Program-made: the position numbers and the translations under genes | DNA from: Escherichia coli | Lineage (GTDB): Bacteria > Pseudomonadota > Gammaproteobacteria > Enterobacterales > Enterobacteriaceae | DNA: 64,000 nt | Reading direction: 5' to 3' (one strand) | Assembly: GCF_048403405.1 (NCBI RefSeq) | Contig: NZ_CP183129.1 | Notes under the pieces: model-generated | What the model was told of the DNA's origin: nothing | Databases searched by the model: none | What the model saw: only the letters and a program-made list of their open reading frames with translations | Shown: positions 32,391 through 41,115 of the stretch, piece by piece | Position numbering within the stretch: the stretch's first letter is position 1 | Layout: each line of letters opens with the position of its first letter

Positions 32391-33338
32391 ATGGAAAACA
32401 GTGACGATATCCGTTTGATTGTGAAGATTGCCCAACTCTATTACGAACAGGATATGACGCAGGCGCAAATCGCGCGCGAACTGGGTATTTACCGCACCAC
32501 CATCAGCCGCTTGCTTAAACGAGGCCGCGATCAGGGAATTGTCACCATCGCCATCAACTATGACTACAACGAAAATCTCTGGCTGGAGCAGCAACTGAAG
32601 CAAAAGTTTGGCCTGAAAGACGTTGTGGTGGTGTCGGGAAATGATGAGGATGAAGAGACTCAACTGGCGATGATGGGGTTACACGGCGCGCAACTGCTGG
32701 ATCGCTTGCTGGAGCCTGGCGATATTGTCGGTTTTTCCTGGGGTCGCGCGGTGAGCGCACTGGTTGAAAACTTGCCGCAGGCGGGGCAATCGCGGCAGTT
32801 AATCTGCGTACCAATTATTGGCGGACCGTCCGGTAAACTCGAAAGCCGCTATCACGTAAACACATTAACCTACAGCGCGGCAGCGAAGCTGAAAGGGGAA
32901 TCGCATCTCGCAGATTTTCCGGCTCTGCTGGATAACCCCTTAATTCGTAATGGGATCATGCAGTCTCAGCACTTTAAAACCATCTCTGCCTACTGGGATA
33001 ATCTGGATGTCGCCCTGGTGGGAATTGGCTCACCGGCCATTCGCGACGGCGCTAACTGGCATGCGTTTTATGGTGGTGAAGAGAGTGACGACCTGAATGC
33101 CCGCCAGGTTGCTGGCGATATTTGCTCGCGCTTTTTTGATATTCACGGCGCAATGGTTGAAACGAATATGAGCGAAAAAACACTCTCTATCGAAATGAAT
33201 AAATTAAAGCAGGCGCGGTATTCCATTGGCATTGCCATGAGTGAAGAAAAATACAGCGGAATTGTTGGTGCACTGCGTGGAAAATATATTAATTGTCTGG
33301 TAACGAATAGCAGCACAGCTGAACTATTACTGAAATAA
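32391..33338 (+). CDS. sorC: SorC-family transcriptional regulator of the L-sorbose operon, 315 aa
   Basis: The ATG at 32391 is preceded by an AGGAGG SD. The translation MENSDDIRLIVKIAQLYYEQDMTQAQIARELGIYRTTISRLLKRGRDQGIV has an HTH followed by a sugar-binding domain. It is the first gene of a sor-type cluster. Confidence 0.9.
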   Translation: MENSDDIRLIVKIAQLYYEQDMTQAQIARELGIYRTTISRLLKRGRDQGIVTIAINYDYNENLWLEQQLKQKFGLKDVVVVSGNDEDEETQLAMMGLHGAQLLDRLLEPGDIVGFSWGRAVSALVENLPQAGQSRQLICVPIIGGPSGKLESRYHVNTLTYSAAAKLKGESHLADFPALLDNPLIRNGIMQSQHFKTISAYWDNLDVALVGIGSPAIRDGANWHAFYGGEESDDLNARQVAGDICSRFFDIHGAMVETNMSEKTLSIEMNKLKQARYSIGIAMSEEKYSGIVGALRGKYINCLVTNSSTAELLLK

Positions 33339-33407
33339 AAATCTTCCCGATGTTTACCGTAATAAAAATTACGGCGGGTCCCTATTATCTAAAATCAGGA
33401 GTCTGTT

Positions 33408-34214
33408 ATGCAAACGTGGTTAAATTTGCAGGATAAAATCATTATCGTCACCGGCGGCGCATCCGGTATTGGTCTGGCGATTGTAGAGGAATTATTAGCA
33501 CAAGGCGCAAACGTACAGATGGTAGATATTCACGGTGGCGATGGTCAATATGAAGGTCATAAAGGCTATCAGTTTTGGCCGACCGATATTTCCAGCGCCA
33601 AAGAGGTAAATCATACGGTAGCGGAAATTATCCAGCGTTTTGGTCGCATCGACGGTCTGGCCAATAACGCCGGGGTCAATTTCCCGCGTCTGCTGGTCGA
33701 TGAGAAAGCGCCTGCCGGGCAGTATGAACTCAACGAAGCTGCATTCGAAAAAATGGTCAATATCAACCAGAAAGGCGTTTTTCTGATGTCGCAGGCGGTG
33801 GCGCGACAGATGGTCAAACAACATGATGGCGTGATTGTGAATGTTTCCTCAGAAAGTGGGCTGGAAGGCTCAGAAGGCCAAAGCTGTTACGCCGCGACCA
33901 AAGCCGCGCTCAATAGCTTCACGCGCTCCTGGTCGAAAGAGCTGGGTAAGCACGGTATCCGTGTGGTCGGTATCGCGCCAGGGATTCTGGAAAAAACAGG
34001 ACTGCGCACGCCGGAATATGAAGAAGCGCTGGCGTGGACGCGCAATATCACCGTCGAGCAGCTGCGTGAAGGCTATACCAAAAATTCCATTCCTATTGGG
34101 CGCGCCGGAAGATTAGCAGAAGTGGCTGATTTTGTTTGTTATCTGCTGTCTGAACGCGCCAGCTATATCACCGGAGTAACCACTAACATTGCAGGCGGCA
34201 AAACGCGCGGCTAA
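33408..34214 (+). CDS. sorD: Short-chain dehydrogenase (D-glucitol/sorbitol-6-phosphate dehydrogenase SorD type), 268 aa
   Basis: The TGGASGIG Rossmann motif and the YxxxK (YAATK) SDR catalytic motif are present. The gene sits in second position of the sor operon. Confidence 0.85.
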   Translation: MQTWLNLQDKIIIVTGGASGIGLAIVEELLAQGANVQMVDIHGGDGQYEGHKGYQFWPTDISSAKEVNHTVAEIIQRFGRIDGLANNAGVNFPRLLVDEKAPAGQYELNEAAFEKMVNINQKGVFLMSQAVARQMVKQHDGVIVNVSSESGLEGSEGQSCYAATKAALNSFTRSWSKELGKHGIRVVGIAPGILEKTGLRTPEYEEALAWTRNITVEQLREGYTKNSIPIGRAGRLAEVADFVCYLLSERASYITGVTTNIAGGKTRG

Positions 34215-34223
34215 GGAGGCTTT

Positions 34224-34631
34224 ATGGTCAATGCCATTTTTTGCGCCCACGGCAAATTAGCCTGCGCCATGCTGGAATCGGTTCAGATGGTGTACGGCGA
34301 TGCCAGGGTCGAGGCAGTTGAATTTGTGCCCGGCGAGAACGCCGGAGACATTGTGGCAAAGCTGGAGAAGTTAGTGAGCATTCACAATCATGGCGAGTGG
34401 CTAATTGCCGTGGATTTACAGTGCGGTAGCCCGTGGAATGCAGCAGCGACGCTTGCGATGCGCAATCCGCACCTGCGGGTGATCAGCGGCCTTTCCCTGC
34501 CACTGGCGCTCGAACTGGTTGATAACCAGGACAGCATGAATGTTGATGAACTGTGTGAACACCTGACGCAAATCGCAAAGCAAACCTGCGTTGTCTGGAA
34601 ACAACTGGCAACAGCGGAGGAGGATTTCTGA
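34224..34631 (+). CDS. sorF: PTS mannose-family EIIA component (sorbose-specific), 135 aa
   Basis: The translation MVNAIFCAHGKLACAMLESVQMVYGD... is a man-family EIIA (N-terminal His region). Its stop overlaps the next start (TGATG). Confidence 0.85.
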   Translation: MVNAIFCAHGKLACAMLESVQMVYGDARVEAVEFVPGENAGDIVAKLEKLVSIHNHGEWLIAVDLQCGSPWNAAATLAMRNPHLRVISGLSLPLALELVDNQDSMNVDELCEHLTQIAKQTCVVWKQLATAEEDF

Positions 34632-35125
34632 TGAACATTACGCTCGCCCGCATTGATGACCGCCTGATCCACGGTCAGGTCACTACCGTCTGGTCGAAAG
34701 TGGCTAACGCCCAGCGCATTATTATCTGCAATGACGAAGTTTATAACGATGAAGTTCGCCGGACATTATTGCGTCAGGCTGCGCCACCGGGAATGAAGGT
34801 TAACGTGGTCAATATTGAAAAAGCCGTCGCGGTTTATCACAACCCGCAATATCAGGACGAAACCGTTTTTTATCTTTTCACTCGCCCACAGGATGCCTTA
34901 GCGATGGTTCGCCAGGGGGTAAAAATAGACACCCTGAATATTGGCGGCATGGCCTGGCGGCCCGGTAAAAAACAGTTAACCAAAGCGGTTTCATTAGATG
35001 ATGATGATATTAACGCATTTTATGAGTTAAATAATCTTGGCGTCATACTGGATTTACGCGTCGTAGCGTCAGATCCCTCAATCAATATTATCGACAAAAT
35101 AAACGAACAGTTAATCGCAAATTAA
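34631..35125 (+). CDS. sorB: PTS mannose-family EIIB component (sorbose-specific), 164 aa
   Basis: The translation MNITLARIDDRLIHGQVTTVWSK... carries the IIB-man phospho-His motif (RIDDRLIHGQV). Confidence 0.9.
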   Translation: MNITLARIDDRLIHGQVTTVWSKVANAQRIIICNDEVYNDEVRRTLLRQAAPPGMKVNVVNIEKAVAVYHNPQYQDETVFYLFTRPQDALAMVRQGVKIDTLNIGGMAWRPGKKQLTKAVSLDDDDINAFYELNNLGVILDLRVVASDPSINIIDKINEQLIAN

Positions 35126-35190
35126 ATAATAGCGCCTGTGTACATATGCTTTAACAGGCAGGGATGACGACACTTAAAAGGTGACAAATC

Positions 35191-35988
35191 ATGGAAATAA
35201 GTACCCTACAAATCATTGCTATATTTCTTTTTTCCTGTATTGCCGGAATGGGCAGCGTGCTGGATGAATTTCAGACTCATCGCCCGTTAATTGCCTGTAC
35301 GGTGATTGGTTTAATTCTCGGTGATTTAAAAACCGGAATAATACTCGGTGGTACGCTGGAATTGATAGCTCTCGGCTGGATGAACGTCGGCGCGGCGCAA
35401 TCTCCAGATTCTGCACTCGCCAGCATAATCTCCGCCATTCTGGTTATCGTTGGTCAGCAAAGCATCGCCACCGGAATCGCCATCGCGTTGCCTGTGGCTG
35501 CGGCAGGCCAGGTGCTGACGGTGTTTGCCCGTACCATCACAGTAGTGTTCCAGCACGCGGCGGATAAAGCAGCAGAAGAGGCGCGGTTTCGCACTCTCGA
35601 TATTCTGCATGTCTCCGCGCTTGGCGTGCAGGCGCTGCGCGTTGCTATTCCGGCACTGATTGTCTCGCTGTTCGTCAGCGCCGATATGGTCAGCAATATG
35701 TTAAACGCCATTCCCGAATTTGTGACCCGAGGACTACAGATTGCTGGCGGTTTTATCGTGGTGGTCGGTTACGCCATGGTGCTACGTATGATGGGCGTGA
35801 AATATTTGATGCCTTTCTTTTTCCTCGGTTTCCTCGCAGGTGGCTACCTCGATCTCAGTCTGCTGGCGTTCGGTGGCGTCGGCGTGATCATGGCCCTGCT
35901 CTACATCCAGCTAAATCCACAGTGGCGTAAAGCTGAACCTCAACTCCAGGCCACCGCCTCCACCGCCCTTGACCAACTTGACGATTAA
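35191..35988 (+). CDS. sorA: PTS mannose-family EIIC component (sorbose permease), 265 aa
   Basis: This polytopic membrane protein (MEISTLQIIAIFLFSCIAGMGSVLDEFQTHRPLIACTVIG...) is of the ManY/SorA type. Confidence 0.88.
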   Translation: MEISTLQIIAIFLFSCIAGMGSVLDEFQTHRPLIACTVIGLILGDLKTGIILGGTLELIALGWMNVGAAQSPDSALASIISAILVIVGQQSIATGIAIALPVAAAGQVLTVFARTITVVFQHAADKAAEEARFRTLDILHVSALGVQALRVAIPALIVSLFVSADMVSNMLNAIPEFVTRGLQIAGGFIVVVGYAMVLRMMGVKYLMPFFFLGFLAGGYLDLSLLAFGGVGVIMALLYIQLNPQWRKAEPQLQATASTALDQLDD

Positions 35989-35998
35989 CGGAGCCATC

Positions 35999-36823
35999 AT
36001 GGAACAGAGAAAAATTACACGCAGCGATCTGGTGAGCATGTTTCTGCGCTCCAACCTGCAACAGGCGTCCTTTAACTTTGAACGTATTCACGGGCTGGGT
36101 TTTTGCTACGACATGATCCCCGCCATCAAGCGACTTTACCCATTAAAAGAGGATCAGGTTGCGGCGCTCAGGCGACACCTGGTGTTCTTCAATACCACGC
36201 CAGCCGTATGTGGCCCGGTCATCGGCGTCACTGCCGCCATGGAAGAGGCGCGGGCCAACGGCGCGGAAATTGATGACGGTACCATTAACGGCATCAAAGT
36301 CGGTCTGATGGGACCATTGGCAGGAGTTGGCGATCCACTGGTCTGGGGAACGCTGCGCCCGATTACCGCCGCGCTCGGCGCATCTCTGGCACTTTCGGGC
36401 AACATTCTCGGCCCGCTGCTGTTTTTCTTTATTTTCAATGCGGTGCGTCTGGCGATGAAGTGGTATGGCCTACAGCTCGGCTTTCGCAAAGGGGTGAATA
36501 TCGTCAGCGATATGGGCGGGAATGTGCTGCAAAAACTCACCGAAGGCGCGTCGATTCTCGGACTGTTTGTGATGGGCGTGCTGGTGACCAAATGGACGTC
36601 AATCAACGTACCGTTGGTGGTTTCACAAACGCATGCCGCCGATGGCTCCACCGTCACCATGACCGTGCAGAACATTCTCGACCAACTTTGCCCTGGTTTG
36701 CTGGCGCTCGGTCTGACGCTACTGATGGTTCGTCTGCTCAACAAAAAAATTAACCCGGTATGGCTGATTTTCGCCCTGTTTGGCTTAGGGATTATCGGCA
36801 ATGCGCTGGGCTTCCTGTCCTGA
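35999..36823 (+). CDS. sorM: PTS mannose-family EIID component (sorbose permease), 274 aa
   Basis: The ATG at 35999 follows an ACGGAG SD. The translation MEQRKITRSDLVSMFLRSNLQQASFNFERIHGLGFCYDM... is a ManZ/SorM-type IID. Confidence 0.88.
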   Translation: MEQRKITRSDLVSMFLRSNLQQASFNFERIHGLGFCYDMIPAIKRLYPLKEDQVAALRRHLVFFNTTPAVCGPVIGVTAAMEEARANGAEIDDGTINGIKVGLMGPLAGVGDPLVWGTLRPITAALGASLALSGNILGPLLFFFIFNAVRLAMKWYGLQLGFRKGVNIVSDMGGNVLQKLTEGASILGLFVMGVLVTKWTSINVPLVVSQTHAADGSTVTMTVQNILDQLCPGLLALGLTLLMVRLLNKKINPVWLIFALFGLGIIGNALGFLS

Positions 36824-36874
36824 TTCTTCGCCCCGGCACGACTGCCGGGGCCATCGCTCAACATGAGGTGGTTT

Positions 36875-38104
36875 ATGAAAACAACAGCTCTGCGTCTTTA
36901 TGGTAAACGTGATTTACGCCTGGAAACCTTTGATCTTCCTGAAATGCAGGAGGATGAAATCCTCGCGACGGTGGTCACCGACAGCCTGTGCCTCTCTTCC
37001 TGGAAAGAGGCCAATCTGGGTGAAAATCATAAAAAAGTACCCGACGATGTGGCGACCAACCCCATCATCATCGGCCACGAGTTTTGCGGCGATATTCTGG
37101 CCGTGGGTAAAAAGTGGCAGCACAAATTCCAGCCGGGTCAGCGTTATGTGATTCAGGCCAACCTGCAACTCCCCGACCGCCCGGACTGCCCCGGCTACTC
37201 CTTCCCGTGGGTAGGCGGCGAAGCGACGCATGTGGTTATTCCCAACGAGGTCATGGAACAAGATTGCCTGCTGGCATACGACGGCGAAACCTATTTTGAA
37301 GGCTCGCTGGTTGAACCGCTTTCCTGCGTGATTGGCGCGTTCAACGCCAACTATCATCTTCAGGAAGGTAGTTATAACCACACGATGGGGATTCGCCCGC
37401 AAGGGCGCACGCTGATCCTCGGCGGCACCGGACCAATGGGACTGTTGGCGATTGATTATGCGTTGCATGGACCGGTTAACCCGTCGCTGCTCGTCATTAC
37501 CGATACCGACAACGACAAATTGAGTTATGCGCGCAAGCACTATCCATCAGAACCGCAAACACTGATTCATTATCTCAATGCCGCCGATGCAGCATTTGAT
37601 ACGTTAATGGCACTGAGTGGCGGTCACGGCTTCGATGATATTTTCGTCTTTGTGCCTAATGAAGGACTGGTGACTCTCGCCTCTTCCTTGCTGGCGACAG
37701 ATGGTTGCCTGAATTTCTTCGCCGGACCGCAGGATAAACATTTCAGCGCGCCAATTAATTTCTACGATGTGCATTATGCATTTACCCACTACGTGGGCAC
37801 GTCAGGCGGCAATACCGATGACATGCGCGCAGCAGTCAAATTGATTGAAGAGAAAAAAGTGCAGGCCGCAAAAGTGGTAACACATATTCTTGGGCTGAAT
37901 GCCGCGGGCGAAACCACGCTTGAATTGCCTGCCGTCGGCGGCGGCAAAAAGCTGGTGTATACCGGGAAATACCTGCCGCTTATGTCACTCACGCAGATTC
38001 AGGATCAAGCACTGGCGGCAATTCTGGCGCGTCATCAGGGGATCTGGTCCGGTGAGGCGGAGCAATATCTGCTCACTCATGCAGAGGCAATTTCCCATGA
38101 TTAA
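36875..38104 (+). CDS. sorE: Zn-dependent MDR dehydrogenase (L-sorbose-1-phosphate reductase SorE type), 409 aa
   Basis: The ATG at 36875 follows a GAGGTG SD. The translation is MKTTALRLYGKRDLRLETFDLPEMQEDEIL...GHEFCG..., and the GGTGPMG nucleotide-binding motif is present. It is the last gene of the sor cluster. Confidence 0.85.
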   Translation: MKTTALRLYGKRDLRLETFDLPEMQEDEILATVVTDSLCLSSWKEANLGENHKKVPDDVATNPIIIGHEFCGDILAVGKKWQHKFQPGQRYVIQANLQLPDRPDCPGYSFPWVGGEATHVVIPNEVMEQDCLLAYDGETYFEGSLVEPLSCVIGAFNANYHLQEGSYNHTMGIRPQGRTLILGGTGPMGLLAIDYALHGPVNPSLLVITDTDNDKLSYARKHYPSEPQTLIHYLNAADAAFDTLMALSGGHGFDDIFVFVPNEGLVTLASSLLATDGCLNFFAGPQDKHFSAPINFYDVHYAFTHYVGTSGGNTDDMRAAVKLIEEKKVQAAKVVTHILGLNAAGETTLELPAVGGGKKLVYTGKYLPLMSLTQIQDQALAAILARHQGIWSGEAEQYLLTHAEAISHD

Positions 38105-38262
38105 TCGCGCTACTTAACTCTGCATGTCGCTGGCTGGTCGCCGCGGCAACTTCGCGACCGGATGTGCGGCTGATTGCTGAAGCAGCACAATTTGCATGAG
38201 AAGGATAAAAAATATCAGCGCCTTAAGGGGCGCTCAAATTGGTGGCAAAGTACACATTGTTT

Positions 38263-38364
38263 ATGCCGGATGCGGAATGAAGCCTTATTCGGCATACATA
38301 ATCTCGAAAATTCAATATATTGCAGTTATCTGGTAGGACTGGTAAGCGTAGCGCATCAGGCAAT
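38263..38364. repeat. REP/BIME pair between sorE and pepE
   Basis: The two units are ATGCCGGATGCGGAATGAAGCCTTATTCGGCATAC and GTAGGACTGGTAAGCGTAGCGCATCAGGCAAT. Confidence 0.8.
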
Positions 38365-38485
38365 GCTGTGTTTGTCATCAGTCTCAGCGCCCGGTGCAAT
38401 ACGTGACATCGTGAGCCATGTCAGTAAGTGGTTAAATTCGCAGTGGTAGCATGCCTCCCGTGATTTCTTACTAACCGGAGAAGTA

Positions 38486-39175
38486 ATGGAACTGCTTTTA
38501 TTGAGTAACTCGACGCTGCCGGGTAAAGCCTGGCTGGAACATGCACTGCCGCTAATTGCTGAACAGTTGCAGGGTCGCCGTTCAGCGGTGTTTATCCCTT
38601 TCGCTGGCGTAACGCAGACCTGGGATGATTACACAGCGAAAACGGCTGCGGTTCTCGCTCCGCTGGGTGTTTCTGTCACCGGTATTCATAGCGTTGTCGA
38701 TCCCGTTGCCGCGATTGAAAATGCTGAGATCGTGATTGTCGGCGGCGGTAATACTTTCCAGTTGCTGAAACAGTGCCGCGAGCGCGGGCTGCTGGCACCA
38801 ATTACTGACGTGGTGAAACGTGGCGCGCTGTATATTGGCTGGAGCGCAGGCGCTAACCTTGCTTGCCCAACCATTCGTACCACCAACGATATGCCGATTG
38901 TCGATCCGCAAGGTTTCGATGCGCTAAATCTGTTCCCGCTGCAAATCAACCCGCACTTCACCAACGCGCTGCCGGAAGGTCATAAAGGTGAAACCCGTGA
39001 ACAGCGTATTCGCGAACTGCTGGTCGTCGCGCCAGAACTCACAATTATTGGTCTGCCGGAAGGTAACTGGATCACAGTGAGTAAAGGTCACGCAACGCTG
39101 GGTGGCCCGAACACCACTTATGTGTTTAAGGCTGGTGAAGAAGCGGTTCCGCTGGAAGCGGGTCACCGTTTTTAA
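38486..39175 (+). CDS. pepE: Alpha-aspartyl dipeptidase (peptidase E), 229 aa
   Basis: The translation is [49 protein letters not shown].... The S51 family motif GWSAGAN is present. Confidence 0.95.
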
Positions 39176-39181
39176 GTGAAT

Positions 39182-39250
39182 TGCCGGATGCATGATCCGG
39201 CATCTTGTACATAGTGCCTGATGCGACGCTTTACATGTCTTATCAGGCCT
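39182..39250. repeat. pepE-proximal hairpin plus a REP unit
   Basis: A hairpin forms between TGCCGGAT and ATCCGGCA around a GCATG loop (39182-39202). A REP-like unit GCCTGATGCGACGCTTTACATGTCTTATCAGGC lies at 39216-39249. Confidence 0.6.
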
Positions 39251-39264
39251 TCAGGGTCACGGTA

Positions 39265-40896
39265 TTAATACTCGTCCCGTCCTTCATCTTCATCCGGCTG
39301 TTCCAGCACACTGTAAGCCACCGAACAAAACAGCGAGTTCAGACGCTGCATATCTCCCAGTAAGCCTAAATGTAGCGAACTGGTTTCAATACTCTGCACG
39401 TTTTGCTGGTGCAGGCGATCGACGTGGGCGTGAGAATAGCGGCGATTAAGAATGCGAAAACGATGTTTGCTGCGGCGCAAACGACGGGCGCTGGTAACAT
39501 CGCCAGAGAAGAAAACCGACATTGCCAGTTTTAAATTACTGAGCAATTGCTCATAGAGCGCATCCAGTTCCTTCAAGCCATCAAGCGAAAATGCTCGCCT
39601 TGCAGCCAGCGATTTGTCGGCAATTTCGCTGCCCATGCGCTCGACGATATCGGAGGCCTGCTCAAGGTTAAGCGACATTTCGATGATCTCCGCCCAGCGA
39701 CGCGACTCTTCCTCCGCCAGCTCTTCTTTTGGCATTCGCGCCAGATACAGCTTAATGGCGGTGTAGAGAACGTTGATATCATCTGCCAGCTTACGCAGCT
39801 CTTTCTCCTGCCGTGGCTCGCCGTGCATCACTTTATTCAACCCTTCCATCATCTGTTCCATGGCGTCGCCAATGCGCAGGGTTTCGCGCGCGGCGTTCGC
39901 CAGAGCAAGCGTGGGCGTATCCAGCGCGCTGACATCCAGATGTTTAGGCCGTAGCTGGGTATCCAGTTCCGGTTCATCGCGAATAATCGTTTTGCAAAAC
40001 CGTGCCATCGGGTCAACAAATGGCAGCATGACCAGGCAACGTACAAGGTTGTAGAAGACATGGAAATAGATCACCAGTTCCGCTTTTGGCAATGACAACT
40101 TCCCCATTGTCTCTGCCAGCAAATGGACAAACGGCAGGATAATCAGGCTACCCACCAGCTTAAACAGCAGACTACCCAGCGCGACACGGCGGGCTGCGGC
40201 ATTGGCGGCACTGTTGTTGAGCATCGCCAGCAGGCCGGAACCGAGGTTAGCACCAATCACCAGACAGAGCGCCACGGGGAAGGAGATAATGCCTGCAGCG
40301 GTCAGAGTCGCGGTCAGCAGTACAGCAGCAAGGCTGGAGTAGCTGATAATGGCGAACATCGCGCCAATCAGCGCATCCAGCAGAATGTCACCCGTCAGCG
40401 AGGCAAAGATCACCTGAACGCCGTTTGCCTGGGTGATCGGCGTTACGGCCTGCACAATCAACTCCAGCGCCAGCAAAATCAACCCAAGACCAATACCGAC
40501 GCGGCCCAGTTGCCCGGCGCGTGACTGTTTGCGTCCGAGGAAAAAAATCACGCCGATAAAAATAAGTAATGGTGACAGCCAGGATAAATCGAAGGTGAGA
40601 ATACGCGCCATTAGCGCCGTCCCGACATCTGCACCCAGCACAATCACCAGAGCCGGTGCGAGGGCTACCAGATCCTGAGCGACGAACGAGGTCACCAGCA
40701 TGGTGGTGGCATTACTGCTCTGTACCAGTGCGGTAACGCCGATCCCCGCGCAAAAGGCGAGCGGCTTTTTTTCGACGCTCCGGCTAAGGACAGTACGCAA
40801 ACGCGCGCCGAAGACGCGCATTACGCCGGTTCGAACAATATGCGTCCCCCAGACCAGCAGGGCGACGGCAGAAAGCAGGTGAAGCAGCGTTAACAC
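39265..40896 (-). CDS. yjbB: Na/Pi-cotransporter-II-like membrane protein with a PhoU-like C-terminal domain, 543 aa
   Basis: The translation is MLTLLHLLSAVALLVWGTHIVRTGVMRVFGARLRTVLSRSVEKKPLAF.... A hydrophobic N-terminal half is followed by a helical cytoplasmic half. Confidence 0.9.
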   Translation of the reverse strand: MLTLLHLLSAVALLVWGTHIVRTGVMRVFGARLRTVLSRSVEKKPLAFCAGIGVTALVQSSNATTMLVTSFVAQDLVALAPALVIVLGADVGTALMARILTFDLSWLSPLLIFIGVIFFLGRKQSRAGQLGRVGIGLGLILLALELIVQAVTPITQANGVQVIFASLTGDILLDALIGAMFAIISYSSLAAVLLTATLTAAGIISFPVALCLVIGANLGSGLLAMLNNSAANAAARRVALGSLLFKLVGSLIILPFVHLLAETMGKLSLPKAELVIYFHVFYNLVRCLVMLPFVDPMARFCKTIIRDEPELDTQLRPKHLDVSALDTPTLALANAARETLRIGDAMEQMMEGLNKVMHGEPRQEKELRKLADDINVLYTAIKLYLARMPKEELAEEESRRWAEIIEMSLNLEQASDIVERMGSEIADKSLAARRAFSLDGLKELDALYEQLLSNLKLAMSVFFSGDVTSARRLRRSKHRFRILNRRYSHAHVDRLHQQNVQSIETSSLHLGLLGDMQRLNSLFCSVAYSVLEQPDEDEGRDEY

Positions 40897-41051
40897 GAGT
40901 TCAGGTTCTCCTTATCGTTATATGTTCCTGAAGCAATTGAATGACCAAAGGACCGGAAACACGCTGACTGGCATCTTTACTGTGCCTTTTGACCTTCGTT
41001 TTTCCGGCTAAGATTATTCCAGCCTGATTCCAGTATAAGTGTTTCATATTA

Positions 41052-41083
41052 ATAAAGAGACAGGGCACTCATTGAGCGCCCTG
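41052..41083 (-). terminator. Probable metH terminator
   Basis: An imperfect 10-bp stem forms between CAGGGCACTC and GAGCGCCCTG (41061-41083). On the minus strand it is followed by TCTCTTTATT. Confidence 0.45.
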
Positions 41084-41115
41084 TTTGTTGTAAGGAAAAG
41101 TGACAGATTTGTGAA

